Assembly: GCA_043732185.1 (NCBI GenBank)
Contig: JAYTHY010000107.1
Coordinates: 1 to 62,871 of the forward strand
Reading direction: 5' to 3'
Origin: Fibrobacteria bacterium
GTDB taxonomy: Bacteria > Fibrobacterota > Fibrobacteria > UBA11236
DNA length: 62,871 nucleotides
Shown here: positions 37,057-47,368 of the stretch, piece by piece
How the letters are laid out: each line of letters opens with the position of its first letter
Numbering within the stretch: the first letter of the stretch is position 1
Position numbers and translations under genes: made by a program
Notes under the pieces: generated by a model
Database searches by the model: none
Seen by the model: the letters and a program-made list of their open reading frames with translations, nothing else
What the model was told of the DNA's origin: nothing

Positions 37057-37902
37057 TTAGGCTACCAAAAGCTCTTTACGTTCGAGAATCCGGGCATAAA
37101 GGTCTTCGGCCAGATGTGATTTATTGTCCTGCAGAAGCTCATATTGCTTGTAGGCGCATTTAAGATTTCCAGAGGACACATATAATATCCCCAGTCCAAA
37201 ATGCACTTCGCTATCCAGGGGATTGAGGCTAAGCGCTTTTAGATAGGATTGCAGGCTGGCATCTTTTTGTCCCATGGCGAAAGCAGCCAAAGCATGACTT
37301 TTTATGCACTGAATATCCATGGGCTGCAAATCAAGCGCTTGTTTTATGGGTTCCATAGCCAATGAATATTCACCCCGATGAATATGCGCCCAGCCCAGAC
37401 TGCTCCAAAGTTCGGGTACGGAAGCATGATGCTTTAACGCCTCTTTAAGGATTTGAATGGCTTCTTCAGCTTTGCCTTTTTCGAAAAAAGCGTGGGCCAT
37501 CTTCCTCAATGGAGGTAGGTTGTCTGGTTCTAATTTGGCGGAAAGCTGATAGGATTCCACGACCAGTGAATATTGTCCCGTTTTGAAAAAGGCGTCACCC
37601 ATGCAACGGTGGAGTGAGGCGTCATCGGGAGTGTGTAGAATGGCGACTAAAAAATTTTCCAAGGCTTGTTCGGGTCGATTGCTATTCAGATAGGAAAGGC
37701 CGAGCAAAGTAAATAATTCAACGGCTTCAGGATTTCTGGATTTGAGGCTTTCTAAAACTGCTACGGCTTCTTGGTAACAGTTGGCTTCCAGATAGAGACG
37801 ACCGAGCTCTAAGGCTTGATTTCCATCCAAAGGATTTTCAAGAACAGCAACTTCGAGTTTACGGAACCGTTCCCAACTCTCAAGTTCCAACTTGCTTTCC
37901 AT
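37057..37902 (-). CDS. Tetratricopeptide repeat protein
   Basis: Repeated TPR pattern LG..Y...G....A......AL...P. Confidence 0.85.
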   Translation of the reverse strand: MESKLELESWERFRKLEVAVLENPLDGNQALELGRLYLEANCYQEAVAVLESLKSRNPEAVELFTLLGLSYLNSNRPEQALENFLVAILHTPDDASLHRCMGDAFFKTGQYSLVVESYQLSAKLEPDNLPPLRKMAHAFFEKGKAEEAIQILKEALKHHASVPELWSSLGWAHIHRGEYSLAMEPIKQALDLQPMDIQCIKSHALAAFAMGQKDASLQSYLKALSLNPLDSEVHFGLGILYVSSGNLKCAYKQYELLQDNKSHLAEDLYARILERKELLVA

Positions 37903-38081
37903 AGGCTTCCTTAGGGTTCAAGGTCTGCTTATTTTCGCAGTTGAAAAGATAATTGGTAAAAGGCTGCTCCCTGACCCAGATTCATCAAGTCGGAGGCAAA
38001 TTTAGGCTTGATTTTACCCTTATCATACTATGCGAGGGGCTTCATCAAAAAAATGTAAATGATTTCGACAGTTTTGCCGCA

Positions 38082-38861
38082 TTATGGCGAATCGATTTCG
38101 ATCCCTACCGGACAGTGGTCGGAACCCATTACATCCTGAAGAATGAAACCGGATTTAACCTTGGCCTGCAAATTATTGCTGACCAGAAAATAATCTATGC
38201 GCCATCCTACATTGCGTTCCCGGGCTCCCGATTTCATATCCCACCAGGAATATTGGTCGGGCTGTTTATTGAACTGGCGAAAGCTGTCGTAGAAACCACT
38301 GGCTAGAAATGTATCCATCCAAGCGCGTTCTTCCGGCAAAAATCCGGATATTCCGATATTTGCTTTTGGCCGGGCAAGATCGATTTCATGATGAGCCGTG
38401 TTCACGTCGCCGCACACAATCACGCATTTTCCTTTTTTGAGCAGGCCGGAAGTAAAGGCCAGAAAATGAGCATAGAAATCCATTTTATATTGCAATCGTT
38501 CCGGACGGGATTTGCCGTTAGGGAAATAGACATTGCATAAAGTGAAACCTGGAAATTCCGCAATTAATGTACGTCCTTCACTGTCAAAGCGTTCATGTCC
38601 GAAGCCCATGGTTACGGACAGGGGCTTTTGCTTGGAGAATATCGCCACGCCGGAATATCCCTTTTTTTGGGCGGAGCAGAATACCGTATGATAGTCCCCG
38701 GCGTCTTTCAATTCCTTTTGGATTTGGCCGATTTCAGCTTTGGTTTCCTGGAGACAAAGGATATCCGGTTTATCGCGATGCATCCATTCCATAAAACCCT
38801 TTTTATAAATGGCCCGAAACCCGTTTACGTTCCAGGACAGGATCTTTAGCGTTTGCTTCAT
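38082..38861 (-). CDS. xth: Exodeoxyribonuclease III / AP endonuclease
   Basis: SWNVNG, LQETK, GDVN.AH, GWRIDY, SDHCP. Confidence 0.95.
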   Translation of the reverse strand: MKQTLKILSWNVNGFRAIYKKGFMEWMHRDKPDILCLQETKAEIGQIQKELKDAGDYHTVFCSAQKKGYSGVAIFSKQKPLSVTMGFGHERFDSEGRTLIAEFPGFTLCNVYFPNGKSRPERLQYKMDFYAHFLAFTSGLLKKGKCVIVCGDVNTAHHEIDLARPKANIGISGFLPEERAWMDTFLASGFYDSFRQFNKQPDQYSWWDMKSGARERNVGWRIDYFLVSNNLQAKVKSGFILQDVMGSDHCPVGIEIDSP

Positions 38862-39259
38862 CCGCCCACCTGCCCGGCATTCAAGCCGCGCAGCAGAAGG
38901 CGCGCCGCGAAATACCCACCGAAGGCCAGCAGAATGCCGAAGGCATTACTGGCTACAATATATAAGAGGGCCATGCGTCCCTGCCCTTCCCGGATGAGTG
39001 TGAGGTTTCCAAGACTGTATGCGGAGAATGTGGTAAAACCGCCCAATAGTCCAACCATTAAAAAGAGCCTAAGATTCATGGAAACAGGCAGGGTTTCAAA
39101 CAATCCAGAAATAAATCCTACCAGTGATGAACCCAATAGGTTAACCGCCAGGGTACCTGTTGGAAAGACTCCGGAAGTTCCGGATTGAAGCCAGTTTTGC
39201 AAGATGAATCGAAGCACCGACCCCAGTGCACCTCCAACTCCAATCCAAACATATTGCAT
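38858..39259 (-). CDS. crcB: Fluoride channel Fluc
   Basis: GGALGSVLR, GTLAVN, GLLGGFTTFS; start moved to 39259. Confidence 0.93.
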   Translation of the reverse strand: MQYVWIGVGGALGSVLRFILQNWLQSGTSGVFPTGTLAVNLLGSSLVGFISGLFETLPVSMNLRLFLMVGLLGGFTTFSAYSLGNLTLIREGQGRMALLYIVASNAFGILLAFGGYFAARLLLRGLNAGQVGG

Positions 39260-39352
39260 GCATAATCCCCTTGCTTTGGAAATATAGGAACGCGAACCTT
39301 GGTTCTCATTCATTTTTCTGCGCTGGATGCGTATATTATCGAGAACAAAACC

Positions 39353-41746
39353 ATGTTGGATAAAAGTGGGCTGCCTGTGCAAAATCTGAAACTGACTTCC
39401 CTATTCCTTGCCATTTGCCTGATTGGGATACCTTTGGCTCTGAGTCCAGCCCAGGCTGCACCGAACCCGGCCTTGTCTATGGACGATGCTTCAACATCCG
39501 CCACTCATTCACATTTAACGGCCTCCTTGATTGCGGAGCCCAGAGCCATAGCCGCCGGAAAAAGCTTCTGGGTGGGACTGCATCTTAAAATGGAAGCGGG
39601 CTGGCACGTTTACTGGAAAAATCCTGGGGATGCAGGACTTCCGGTTTCCCTAGACTGGCAATTGCCAAAAGGTTTTGCCGCCGGGAATTTGAATTGGCCT
39701 TATCCGATGCGGATTATGGTGCCGCCATTGATGAATTTTGGGTATGATAATGAAGTTCTCTTGCCGGTGGAAATCAGCTCCCCCCGCACGTTGCCCGTGG
39801 ACGGAAAAATCGAACTTAAAGCCAAGGCGAAATGGATAGTTTGCAAAGACATTTGCTTGCCAGGCAATGCCGACCTTACTTTGACCCTACCCACATTGGG
39901 CGCTGGAACACAATCTGAATCGCCATCCCCGTCCGGGAACTCAGCCAATGCCACACTTTTCCAGAACGCGCGCCTTGCTTTGCCCGTGAAAAATGCAGCG
40001 TGGAAATTTACTGCCATGTCCGTGGACTCGGCCATTTTTATACTCGCCAAACCTTCCGGCTCCATCACACTCAGCGCATTATCGTTTTTTCCAGAAAATC
40101 CGGATTGGATGGAAAATGCCGCCCAGCAAAATTTTTTCCCGATTCAGGGGGGCTATGCACTGGAGCTTCACCGGGTTCCACCGGAACCTGACGCGACCGG
40201 CAAATCAGGTGGCCTCGATAGCCTGATTGGCGTACTGGTCTCGGAAACCGGTTGGGGTTCAGCTGAAGAGGGAAAAGCTGTACAAATCTGCCTTCCCATC
40301 CACACCGGTAAAGAACGCCCACACGCATTATCCGTCACTCTTCCGCCAACGGGTCAGTCCAATACGAAGCAGTTGAGCATTAGCCCTTCCCTTTCATCAG
40401 GCATGAATAATTCGCAAAACTCGGATAAAAGGCAATCAGGCTGGACAAGGTTGACCTTTATGCTGGGGCTGGCCTTTTTAGGCGGCCTCATTCTCAACTT
40501 GATGCCTTGCGTGCTTCCGGTACTTTCCCTTAAAATATTTGACTTTGTAAAACGCGCTGGTCAATCCCGCTGGAAAGTCTTTTCTCATGGCCTCACCTTT
40601 ACGGCTGGAGTGCTGGTATCCTTCTGGTTTCTGGCTGGGCTGCTTTTGATACTGAGAAGCGGCGGGCGAGAATTGGGATGGGGATTTCAGCTGCAATCGC
40701 CGGGCTTTCTCATTGTACTGTGCGCGTTGTTCTTCTTCTTCAGCCTTAATCTATTCGGAGTTTTCGAACTCGGCATGATTTTTACACGGATTGGAAGCAC
40801 TAAAACTCAAAGTGGTCATGCCGGTTCTTTTTTCGCTGGTGTCACGGCCACCGTGGTCGCCACACCCTGTACGGCCCCCTTCATGGGTTCGGCCATGGGC
40901 TATGCCTTTTCACAGCCTGCCTATTATGCCATGCTCGTTTTCACCTTTTTGGGTTTAGGTATGGCGGCACCGTATCTCCTGCTTTCCGGTTTTCCGGGAA
41001 TGATGCGCTTCCTCCCCAAGCCTGGCGAATGGATGGAACACCTTAAACAGTTTATGGGCTTCCCGCTCTTAGCCACGGCCATCTGGCTAGCCTGGGTACT
41101 GGGCCATCAAGCCGGCGTCGACGCATTGGTGGCCTTGCTTTTCATTTTACTCTTGGCAGGGATGAGTGCCTGGATTCTCGGCAAGTGGACGGCGCTGCAT
41201 CGCACCACTCCTGTCCGTATCATCGCGGGGCTTATCGCTCTAGTTATTTTTATGCCCGCATTCGTGCTGGTGTTAATTTACTTGGATCAGATCCGCAGCA
41301 CACATCCAGAAAAAGCAACGCCTACCGGCGAGTACATGCCACAGAACGAAGGTAGCATAGACTGGAAGCCGTTTTCAGAAACCGAACTGACCGCCTCGCT
41401 TGCATCGGGAAAACCCGTTTTTGTCGACTTCACGGCAGACTGGTGCCTGAGCTGTAAAGTCAATGAAAGAGTGGCCTTCAGTTCCCGAGAAGTAACCGAC
41501 AGGTTACGGGATCTGGGCATGGTAATGCTTAAGGCCGATTGGACGTCCCGCAACGAAACTATTTCCAGAGCATTGTCTAATTACGGTCGGAATAGCATCC
41601 CGTTATATGTGCTCTATGGCGGCCATGGACCAAAAGACTTTGCCCTACTACCCGAAATTTTGTCACCAAATATCCTTTTGGAAGCGTTGCGCACAGTGAT
41701 TCCAAATTCCAAGCCGCAAACACAGGACAGCGGTCAGGTCCTTTAA
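39353..41746 (+). CDS. dsbD: Thiol:disulfide interchange protein DsbD family
   Basis: GWHVYWKNPGD, CKDIC, NLMPCVLPV, ATPCTAP, thioredoxin WCLSC. Confidence 0.9.
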   Translation: MLDKSGLPVQNLKLTSLFLAICLIGIPLALSPAQAAPNPALSMDDASTSATHSHLTASLIAEPRAIAAGKSFWVGLHLKMEAGWHVYWKNPGDAGLPVSLDWQLPKGFAAGNLNWPYPMRIMVPPLMNFGYDNEVLLPVEISSPRTLPVDGKIELKAKAKWIVCKDICLPGNADLTLTLPTLGAGTQSESPSPSGNSANATLFQNARLALPVKNAAWKFTAMSVDSAIFILAKPSGSITLSALSFFPENPDWMENAAQQNFFPIQGGYALELHRVPPEPDATGKSGGLDSLIGVLVSETGWGSAEEGKAVQICLPIHTGKERPHALSVTLPPTGQSNTKQLSISPSLSSGMNNSQNSDKRQSGWTRLTFMLGLAFLGGLILNLMPCVLPVLSLKIFDFVKRAGQSRWKVFSHGLTFTAGVLVSFWFLAGLLLILRSGGRELGWGFQLQSPGFLIVLCALFFFFSLNLFGVFELGMIFTRIGSTKTQSGHAGSFFAGVTATVVATPCTAPFMGSAMGYAFSQPAYYAMLVFTFLGLGMAAPYLLLSGFPGMMRFLPKPGEWMEHLKQFMGFPLLATAIWLAWVLGHQAGVDALVALLFILLLAGMSAWILGKWTALHRTTPVRIIAGLIALVIFMPAFVLVLIYLDQIRSTHPEKATPTGEYMPQNEGSIDWKPFSETELTASLASGKPVFVDFTADWCLSCKVNERVAFSSREVTDRLRDLGMVMLKADWTSRNETISRALSNYGRNSIPLYVLYGGHGPKDFALLPEILSPNILLEALRTVIPNSKPQTQDSGQVL

Positions 41747-41857
41747 AGCACAACTTTTTCGATTAGGGCAATTCCTTTTTCGCCTAGGACAATTCCTGTC
41801 CCCATCTTCGAGCTAATCTATTTGGGTCGGTATGAACACCCAATCCAGGAGAAGGTC

Positions 41858-42328
41858 ATGGCTGGATTTCGCGAACATTGGAAAATAAGGCATGTAAAAG
41901 AAACGGTTCTCCTCGTGGATGCAGAGGATGGCACCCGTCAAGCAGTGAAAATGGTTCTCAAGCTCAATGGATATAGAGTGGTCGAGGCCCTTACCGGTAT
42001 CGAAGGCTTGCAAGTGCTGGGCGAATGGGGTGAGGATATCCATCTGGCCGTATGTGCGGACGAATTGCCGGATATGACCGCTGGCCAATGGCGGGGCCAA
42101 GTGCACTTTCTAGGACCGAAAATCCCTTCTCTAATCCTTTCTGAGCGCGATCGTGACGAGATTGCTAATCTGGATATCGGCAATCAATGTGCGGGTAAAG
42201 CAAACACTCCATCCACGATTTTTTTGCCTTGTATTGGCCCGCAAGCTGCGGTGCGTCTACTTGAAAAAATACGGTTGGCGTTGGATGAGCGATTCTTTAC
42301 TACCCGCATGAGAGCCACAGCAGCATGA
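41858..42328 (+). CDS. Degenerate receiver-domain protein
   Basis: VLLVD..L...GYRVVEA..G.EGL; canonical phospho-Asp and Lys not evident. Confidence 0.65.
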   Translation: MAGFREHWKIRHVKETVLLVDAEDGTRQAVKMVLKLNGYRVVEALTGIEGLQVLGEWGEDIHLAVCADELPDMTAGQWRGQVHFLGPKIPSLILSERDRDEIANLDIGNQCAGKANTPSTIFLPCIGPQAAVRLLEKIRLALDERFFTTRMRATAA

Positions 42329-42363
42329 CGGTATGACAGTTTGAGGCTTTGACGGTGGGGCGG

Positions 42364-42738
42364 TCAAGGATTCGGAGTCTCTTGACCCCACAGCTCTCGC
42401 TCCGCTTTTAAACTGATGAGGGCGTCAATAAGCGCCTTCTCCAATTTTTCCAGTCCTTCTCCAATATGATCCCGTAAACCAATGCTGGACATCTCTTCTA
42501 GTCTTTCCGCGACTTCCTGAACTTTGACAGCGCCGATATTGGCCGAACTGGCTTTAAGGGAATGGGAGATCAAGTGGATGGCCTTGAGATCTCCAGCTTC
42601 CAGATTTTTTCGTGCGGATTGCACTCTTGTGGGGCTTTGAGCGACAAAATTATCGATCATCTTCAGTAAGAAGTCTTTGCCACCGATATTATAAAGGTTT
42701 ACCAACGCCCCTTTATCGATTGCTTTAGTCGACTTCAT
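42364..42738 (-). CDS. Hpt phosphotransfer protein
   Basis: SHSLKASSANIGA..LE motif. Confidence 0.88.
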   Translation of the reverse strand: MKSTKAIDKGALVNLYNIGGKDFLLKMIDNFVAQSPTRVQSARKNLEAGDLKAIHLISHSLKASSANIGAVKVQEVAERLEEMSSIGLRDHIGEGLEKLEKALIDALISLKAERELWGQETPNP

Positions 42739-43154
42739 GGCCGGTATTTTCAGATTTTTTTTGCATGGCAGATTTATTCTAGCATATCCAGACGTCCGGA
42801 TCACGGTTTCAATGTACAGAAATGACAAACTATAGTTGCTATCCGTGAAAGAGTATTCGATTTATTGGGTAACGGCATCGTTAACATGGCCAAAAATGCA
42901 TTTTTTACAGCCACTCGACCTCGTTTTTGAAAGTAAAGATGGACCAGAATTTCCATCGCGACTATTTCGAAAAATAGGGATAAAAAGTCCCATCTAAATA
43001 GGTCAAATGGTTAAAAAATCGTTAAAAACAGCAAATTGGAACAAAAACCCTCAGCATTTTATCGGAGTTGGAGGTTGCATAAGGATGCGAATACTTGGAC
43101 AATCAAAGCATGCTTGACCTGAACATCCGGAATGATTTTAAAAGAGGGGCACTG

Positions 43155-43475
43155 ATGCAACGGAATACACTAATTATCGGACTTGTGTTCATGGCAGCCT
43201 CTCTAATTGCCTGTGCACCGTCACGCCCGAACAATTCTCGAAACCTGGCCCTAATTCATGCCGCAGAGAAAGGTGAAACGGCCGAAGTCTATCGCCTCAT
43301 TGAAGCCGGTGCTGATGTGAATGGACGCGATCATGAAGGTTGGACACCGTACCTCGCTGCTTCCTCCATGGGCCAATTAAATACCATGCGCATCCTAGTC
43401 GCCTTTGGCGCAAAAACCGTCCCGCCGGATCTGAAGGATGAAAACGTCGCCCATCGGTTCCTTGCCGACCGGTAA
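43155..43475 (+). CDS. Small ankyrin-repeat lipoprotein
   Basis: Lipobox LIAC; AAEKG..LIEAGADVN..GWTP. Confidence 0.8.
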   Translation: MQRNTLIIGLVFMAASLIACAPSRPNNSRNLALIHAAEKGETAEVYRLIEAGADVNGRDHEGWTPYLAASSMGQLNTMRILVAFGAKTVPPDLKDENVAHRFLADR

Positions 43476-43614
43476 TCCCTCCGTCTAAATCCTAGTGCCG
43501 CATTCTGGCAAACCCTTCATACCCTCTCGCCTACCCTCTGGAATTTTATTTGCCCTTCACGTGGGATAATAAATATTTTAATTGTGAAACTTAAAACCAC
43601 GGTGTCCGAATCAA

Positions 43615-44559
43615 ATGGATTTCAAAGACTATTACAAAATACTCGGCTTGGAAAAAGACGCGGATGCAGCGGCAGTAAAAAAAGCCTATCGCAAATTGGC
43701 AGCCAAATACCACCCGGACAAAAATCCCGGCAAAAAATCCGCAGAAGATAAATTCAAGGAGATCAATGAAGCCAATGAGGTCCTTGCGGATCCCGTAAAG
43801 CGCCAACGTTATGACCAGCTTGGCTCTGCGTGGAATCAGCCGGGCGGCAATCCAGGTGACTTCGCTCAGCAAAGTAGAGGGCGAGCGGGCGGTGGCCAAA
43901 GCCACACCTTTACCCAAGAGGATATGGCTGATATGTTCGGTGGAGGTGGGCAATCCGGTGATTTCTTCGAAACGTTCTTCGGCGGTGGAGGGATGCGTGG
44001 ACGGCCGGCAGGTGCGCGTGGCCGCTGGTCAGAGAAACCCAGGCCCATCCCAGGAAACGAATATCAGGCAGATGTGGAAATCAGTCTCGAAGAAGCCTTC
44101 CAAGGCGCAAAGAAAATCATTGACCTGAATGAAAAAAAGCTCCGCCTCCAATTCAAGCCAGGAATTGCCGAAGGAAAAGTCATCAAGCTGGCCGGTAAAG
44201 GTGGCCAGGGCCAGAACGGCGGTCCGGATGGAGATTTTTATCTGCGTATCCATGTCGCCCCACATCCTCGACTGGAAAGACGCGGGGACGATTTGCACAC
44301 CACGCTTCCCCTGGAAGCCCAAGATGCCGTTATAGGCAAGCCAATAGAGATAAAGACTTTGAAAGGCGGAGTGAAATTGAAAGTTCCGGCCATGACTGAA
44401 AACGGCAAGGTCTTTAGACTAAAGGGTCAGGGCATGCCCGTGTACGACAAAACCGGCGAATTTGGTGATTTATACGTTACGGTATCGTTACAGTTACCTA
44501 AGGATATGACACCGGCTGAATTGGATTTTTTCCGGCAGATGGCGCAAGCCCGCGCCTAA
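43615..44559 (+). CDS. Class II J-domain protein (CbpA/DnaJ-like, no Zn finger)
   Basis: DYYKILG..HPD; G/F region; DnaJ C-terminal domain. Confidence 0.93.
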   Translation: MDFKDYYKILGLEKDADAAAVKKAYRKLAAKYHPDKNPGKKSAEDKFKEINEANEVLADPVKRQRYDQLGSAWNQPGGNPGDFAQQSRGRAGGGQSHTFTQEDMADMFGGGGQSGDFFETFFGGGGMRGRPAGARGRWSEKPRPIPGNEYQADVEISLEEAFQGAKKIIDLNEKKLRLQFKPGIAEGKVIKLAGKGGQGQNGGPDGDFYLRIHVAPHPRLERRGDDLHTTLPLEAQDAVIGKPIEIKTLKGGVKLKVPAMTENGKVFRLKGQGMPVYDKTGEFGDLYVTVSLQLPKDMTPAELDFFRQMAQARA

Positions 44560-44560
44560 T

Positions 44561-45346
44561 TTAATCTTTGAGAATAATGCTGCGCATTTCCGATTTCTTT
44601 CGCTTTTTCCGGTTTTCCCTGAGACTATACCCTCGGGGCTGCGGTCGGTAGCTGGATCGATTAGGATCCAGCGCGCACATCAGCATGAAATCGATCATGG
44701 ATTGGAACACCACGATTAGATTGTCGTGAGGCCGTTCCGGCAAATGCTCCAAACCTCTGCGGTCACTCTCGTCGAGAAAATGGTGTATTGATTCCAGCGT
44801 GGACAAACAATACTCGGCCGGTTGTTCCTTGATATTGAATATGGATTCACGTGCGCCCGTAAAGGAAAGTCGGGGCAAATTACGCAGATTGAGTGACTGC
44901 GTCATCATTTTTTTGGCACAGGGCCAAGTCCCATCGATTAGGAACAAAATCGACTTACGGCCGGATTGCTTGCTTGCCAATAAAGGACTGACATCGTCGC
45001 TGGAAATATTCAGGGATTTTTTACCAGGATACAATACTCGGCAGGCATTTTCAGGATCGTCGATTAATGCGTTTACTTGCGCATTCTTGGTAAAATCGAT
45101 ACCCACTATAATTTCGGAATTGCCCAAAGTAGCCCGGCAAATTCTCCCAGTGCCGAGTTTTTCCTTTTTCGCCTCCATGGGATGCATCAAAATGATGAAG
45201 CGCGTTTCCGTGACAAATGGCTTGATCAGATGACAACGACAATTTTCTTTGATCCAGTAACAGGCATAACAGGTTTGCTCGCGTTTAAAAACTGGAGCTG
45301 CTCCTTGGAGCAATTGTTTCTTGAGCACATAAGCCGCTTTGTCCAT
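44561..45346 (-). CDS. DTW-domain tRNA-uridine aminocarboxypropyltransferase
   Basis: CxxC..CxC; HPME..TG; LYPG; IDGTW; LSTLE. Confidence 0.88.
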   Translation of the reverse strand: MDKAAYVLKKQLLQGAAPVFKREQTCYACYWIKENCRCHLIKPFVTETRFIILMHPMEAKKEKLGTGRICRATLGNSEIIVGIDFTKNAQVNALIDDPENACRVLYPGKKSLNISSDDVSPLLASKQSGRKSILFLIDGTWPCAKKMMTQSLNLRNLPRLSFTGARESIFNIKEQPAEYCLSTLESIHHFLDESDRRGLEHLPERPHDNLIVVFQSMIDFMLMCALDPNRSSYRPQPRGYSLRENRKKRKKSEMRSIILKD

Positions 45347-45451
45347 ATTGGCAATTTAGGCAATTCCAGCCATGGACCGCATAAATAATTCTACGCCCCT
45401 TGAGTTCATGCCTTACGTTTTCCACATTTCCCATCCGCCAAGGGGGACCAC

Positions 45452-47191
45452 CTGAAAAATACCGACGTCACCACAAAGACGGAATTCGTATCGAACACAA
45501 GCGATAGTGCCTTTTTCGGACATCCACGGGGGCTGTCCACTTTGTTTTTTTCGGAATTGTGGGAGCGCTTCAGCTATTATGGCATGAGGGCCATTCTCAT
45601 TCTCTTCATGACAGCGGCCGCCACCAAGGGCGGTCTTGGTTTTTCAACCCAGAAGGCCGGACTGATCTACGGAACATATACCGCCATGGTCTATTTGATG
45701 GCCGTGCCCGGAGGCTGGCTGGCGGACAAATTTCTGGGCTTGCGCAAGGCTGTTCTAGTTGGAGGATTGCTGATCACGGCCGGCCATGTTTGTTTGAGCA
45801 TTCCTTCCGTGTCCTTGTTCTATGCAGGACTGGCACTGGTCGTTATCGGCACCGGCTTCCTTAAACCCAATATCAGCGCCCTGGTGGGTGAATTGTACAG
45901 TGCCGAAGATGCCCGTCGGGATGCGGGATTTTCCATCTACTATATGGGTATAAATCTCGGTGCATTTCTCTCTCCTTTGGTGGTCGGTTGGCTGGCCCAG
46001 AGCGATGGATTCAAGGGAATCCTCAGCAATTTTGGACTCACTCCTGAAAATTCCTGGCATTATGGATTCGCCGCCGCTGCCGTGGGAATGGTTTGTGGTC
46101 TGACATGGTACGTAACGGGCTGGAAACACCTCGGAACCATAGGCAAACACCCTACAAAGGCCGAGAGCCCGGCCGCTTCGCTGCGCCAGCGTCGTATACT
46201 GCAAGGCGTTGTAGTCGGCCTTCTCGTACTCTGTGCTAGCCTGGCTGCCCTGACCGGATTTGGAATCGTAACGGTAACGTATGGATTGATAAGTCATGTT
46301 TTCGGATACATCCTGGCCTTGACACCGATAATACTTTTCCCCTCACTTTATTTTTTCGGCAACTTTACTGCACAAGAAAAAAAGCATCTCATTGTGATCA
46401 TCGTGCTATTCTTTGGCGCCGCAGCCTTCTGGTCGGTTTTTGAGCAGGCCGGATCCACACTGAATATTTTTGCCGACAGAAGCACCGACAATTCCATCAC
46501 CCTTACTTTTGCCATTTTCATGGGAGCGATATTGTTAATGCCGGGATTTCTCGCCATGCGTTGGTACCAGAAGTTGCCGGGAAAATCCGGCATGGCGCTT
46601 TCCTTTGCCGCAATTGTCATCGCCACATGTGGGGCATGTATCTATTACTTGTTGAGCCACCTCGGCCAATCCTTTCCTTCTAGCTATTTCCAATCTGCCG
46701 GCTCGCTTTTCATAGTCGCCCTCACTCCACTTTTCGCATCCTTGTGGATAGCACTAGGCAAACGACAGCCTTCCAGCCCAGCCAAATTTACCGTGGGGCT
46801 TTTATTCGTGGCCTTGGGCTTCGGGATTTTAATCATCGCAGCCAGACTATCATCACAGGGTATGAAAGTGAGCCCAATGTGGTTGGTCGCGACCTACATG
46901 CTCCACACCATTGGTGAGTTGTGCCTTTCGCCAGTAGGCATTTCAGCCATGACCAAGTTAGCCCCTCGCCGCATAATGGGCCTCGTATTGGGAATATGGT
47001 TTCTTGCCGTTTCCTTGGGGAGTTTTTTAGCCGGATTTGCCGCCAGCCTGTATGAAAATATGCCATTGCCGACTCTTTTCACAGCTGTGACCGGTGTTGC
47101 GATAGCCACTACCTTACTGATGGCGGCATCCATCGGACCCATCCGGCGCATGCTGGCTATTGAAGGCCTTAAAGACAAAAACATTCCTTGA
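45452..47191 (+). CDS. POT/PTR proton-dependent oligopeptide transporter
   Basis: GHPRGL..ELWERFSYYGMR (ExxERFxYY); KPNIS; GELCLSPVG; start probably CTG 45452. Confidence 0.93.
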   Translation: MKNTDVTTKTEFVSNTSDSAFFGHPRGLSTLFFSELWERFSYYGMRAILILFMTAAATKGGLGFSTQKAGLIYGTYTAMVYLMAVPGGWLADKFLGLRKAVLVGGLLITAGHVCLSIPSVSLFYAGLALVVIGTGFLKPNISALVGELYSAEDARRDAGFSIYYMGINLGAFLSPLVVGWLAQSDGFKGILSNFGLTPENSWHYGFAAAAVGMVCGLTWYVTGWKHLGTIGKHPTKAESPAASLRQRRILQGVVVGLLVLCASLAALTGFGIVTVTYGLISHVFGYILALTPIILFPSLYFFGNFTAQEKKHLIVIIVLFFGAAAFWSVFEQAGSTLNIFADRSTDNSITLTFAIFMGAILLMPGFLAMRWYQKLPGKSGMALSFAAIVIATCGACIYYLLSHLGQSFPSSYFQSAGSLFIVALTPLFASLWIALGKRQPSSPAKFTVGLLFVALGFGILIIAARLSSQGMKVSPMWLVATYMLHTIGELCLSPVGISAMTKLAPRRIMGLVLGIWFLAVSLGSFLAGFAASLYENMPLPTLFTAVTGVAIATTLLMAASIGPIRRMLAIEGLKDKNIP

Positions 47192-47368
47192 TTTAACCCA
47201 AATGATTATTCACTGGTATGGATTTGTTTCCGTATTGCACAAATAATCCAAACGTTATCCTTTTGGTTTTGAGGGGAATTACTAGCTTGAAGTTCTGATT
47301 CATCCCCGTCCCGTGTGGACGGTTTACGATGGTCTTCCTGGCCATCCATACCAGTGAGGGAGTTCTCC

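Noticed and set aside
42830..43150. Riboswitch or ncRNA in an AT-rich intergenic region
   Set aside because: No c-di-GMP (GEMM) or other riboswitch consensus recognised; likely divergent promoters.
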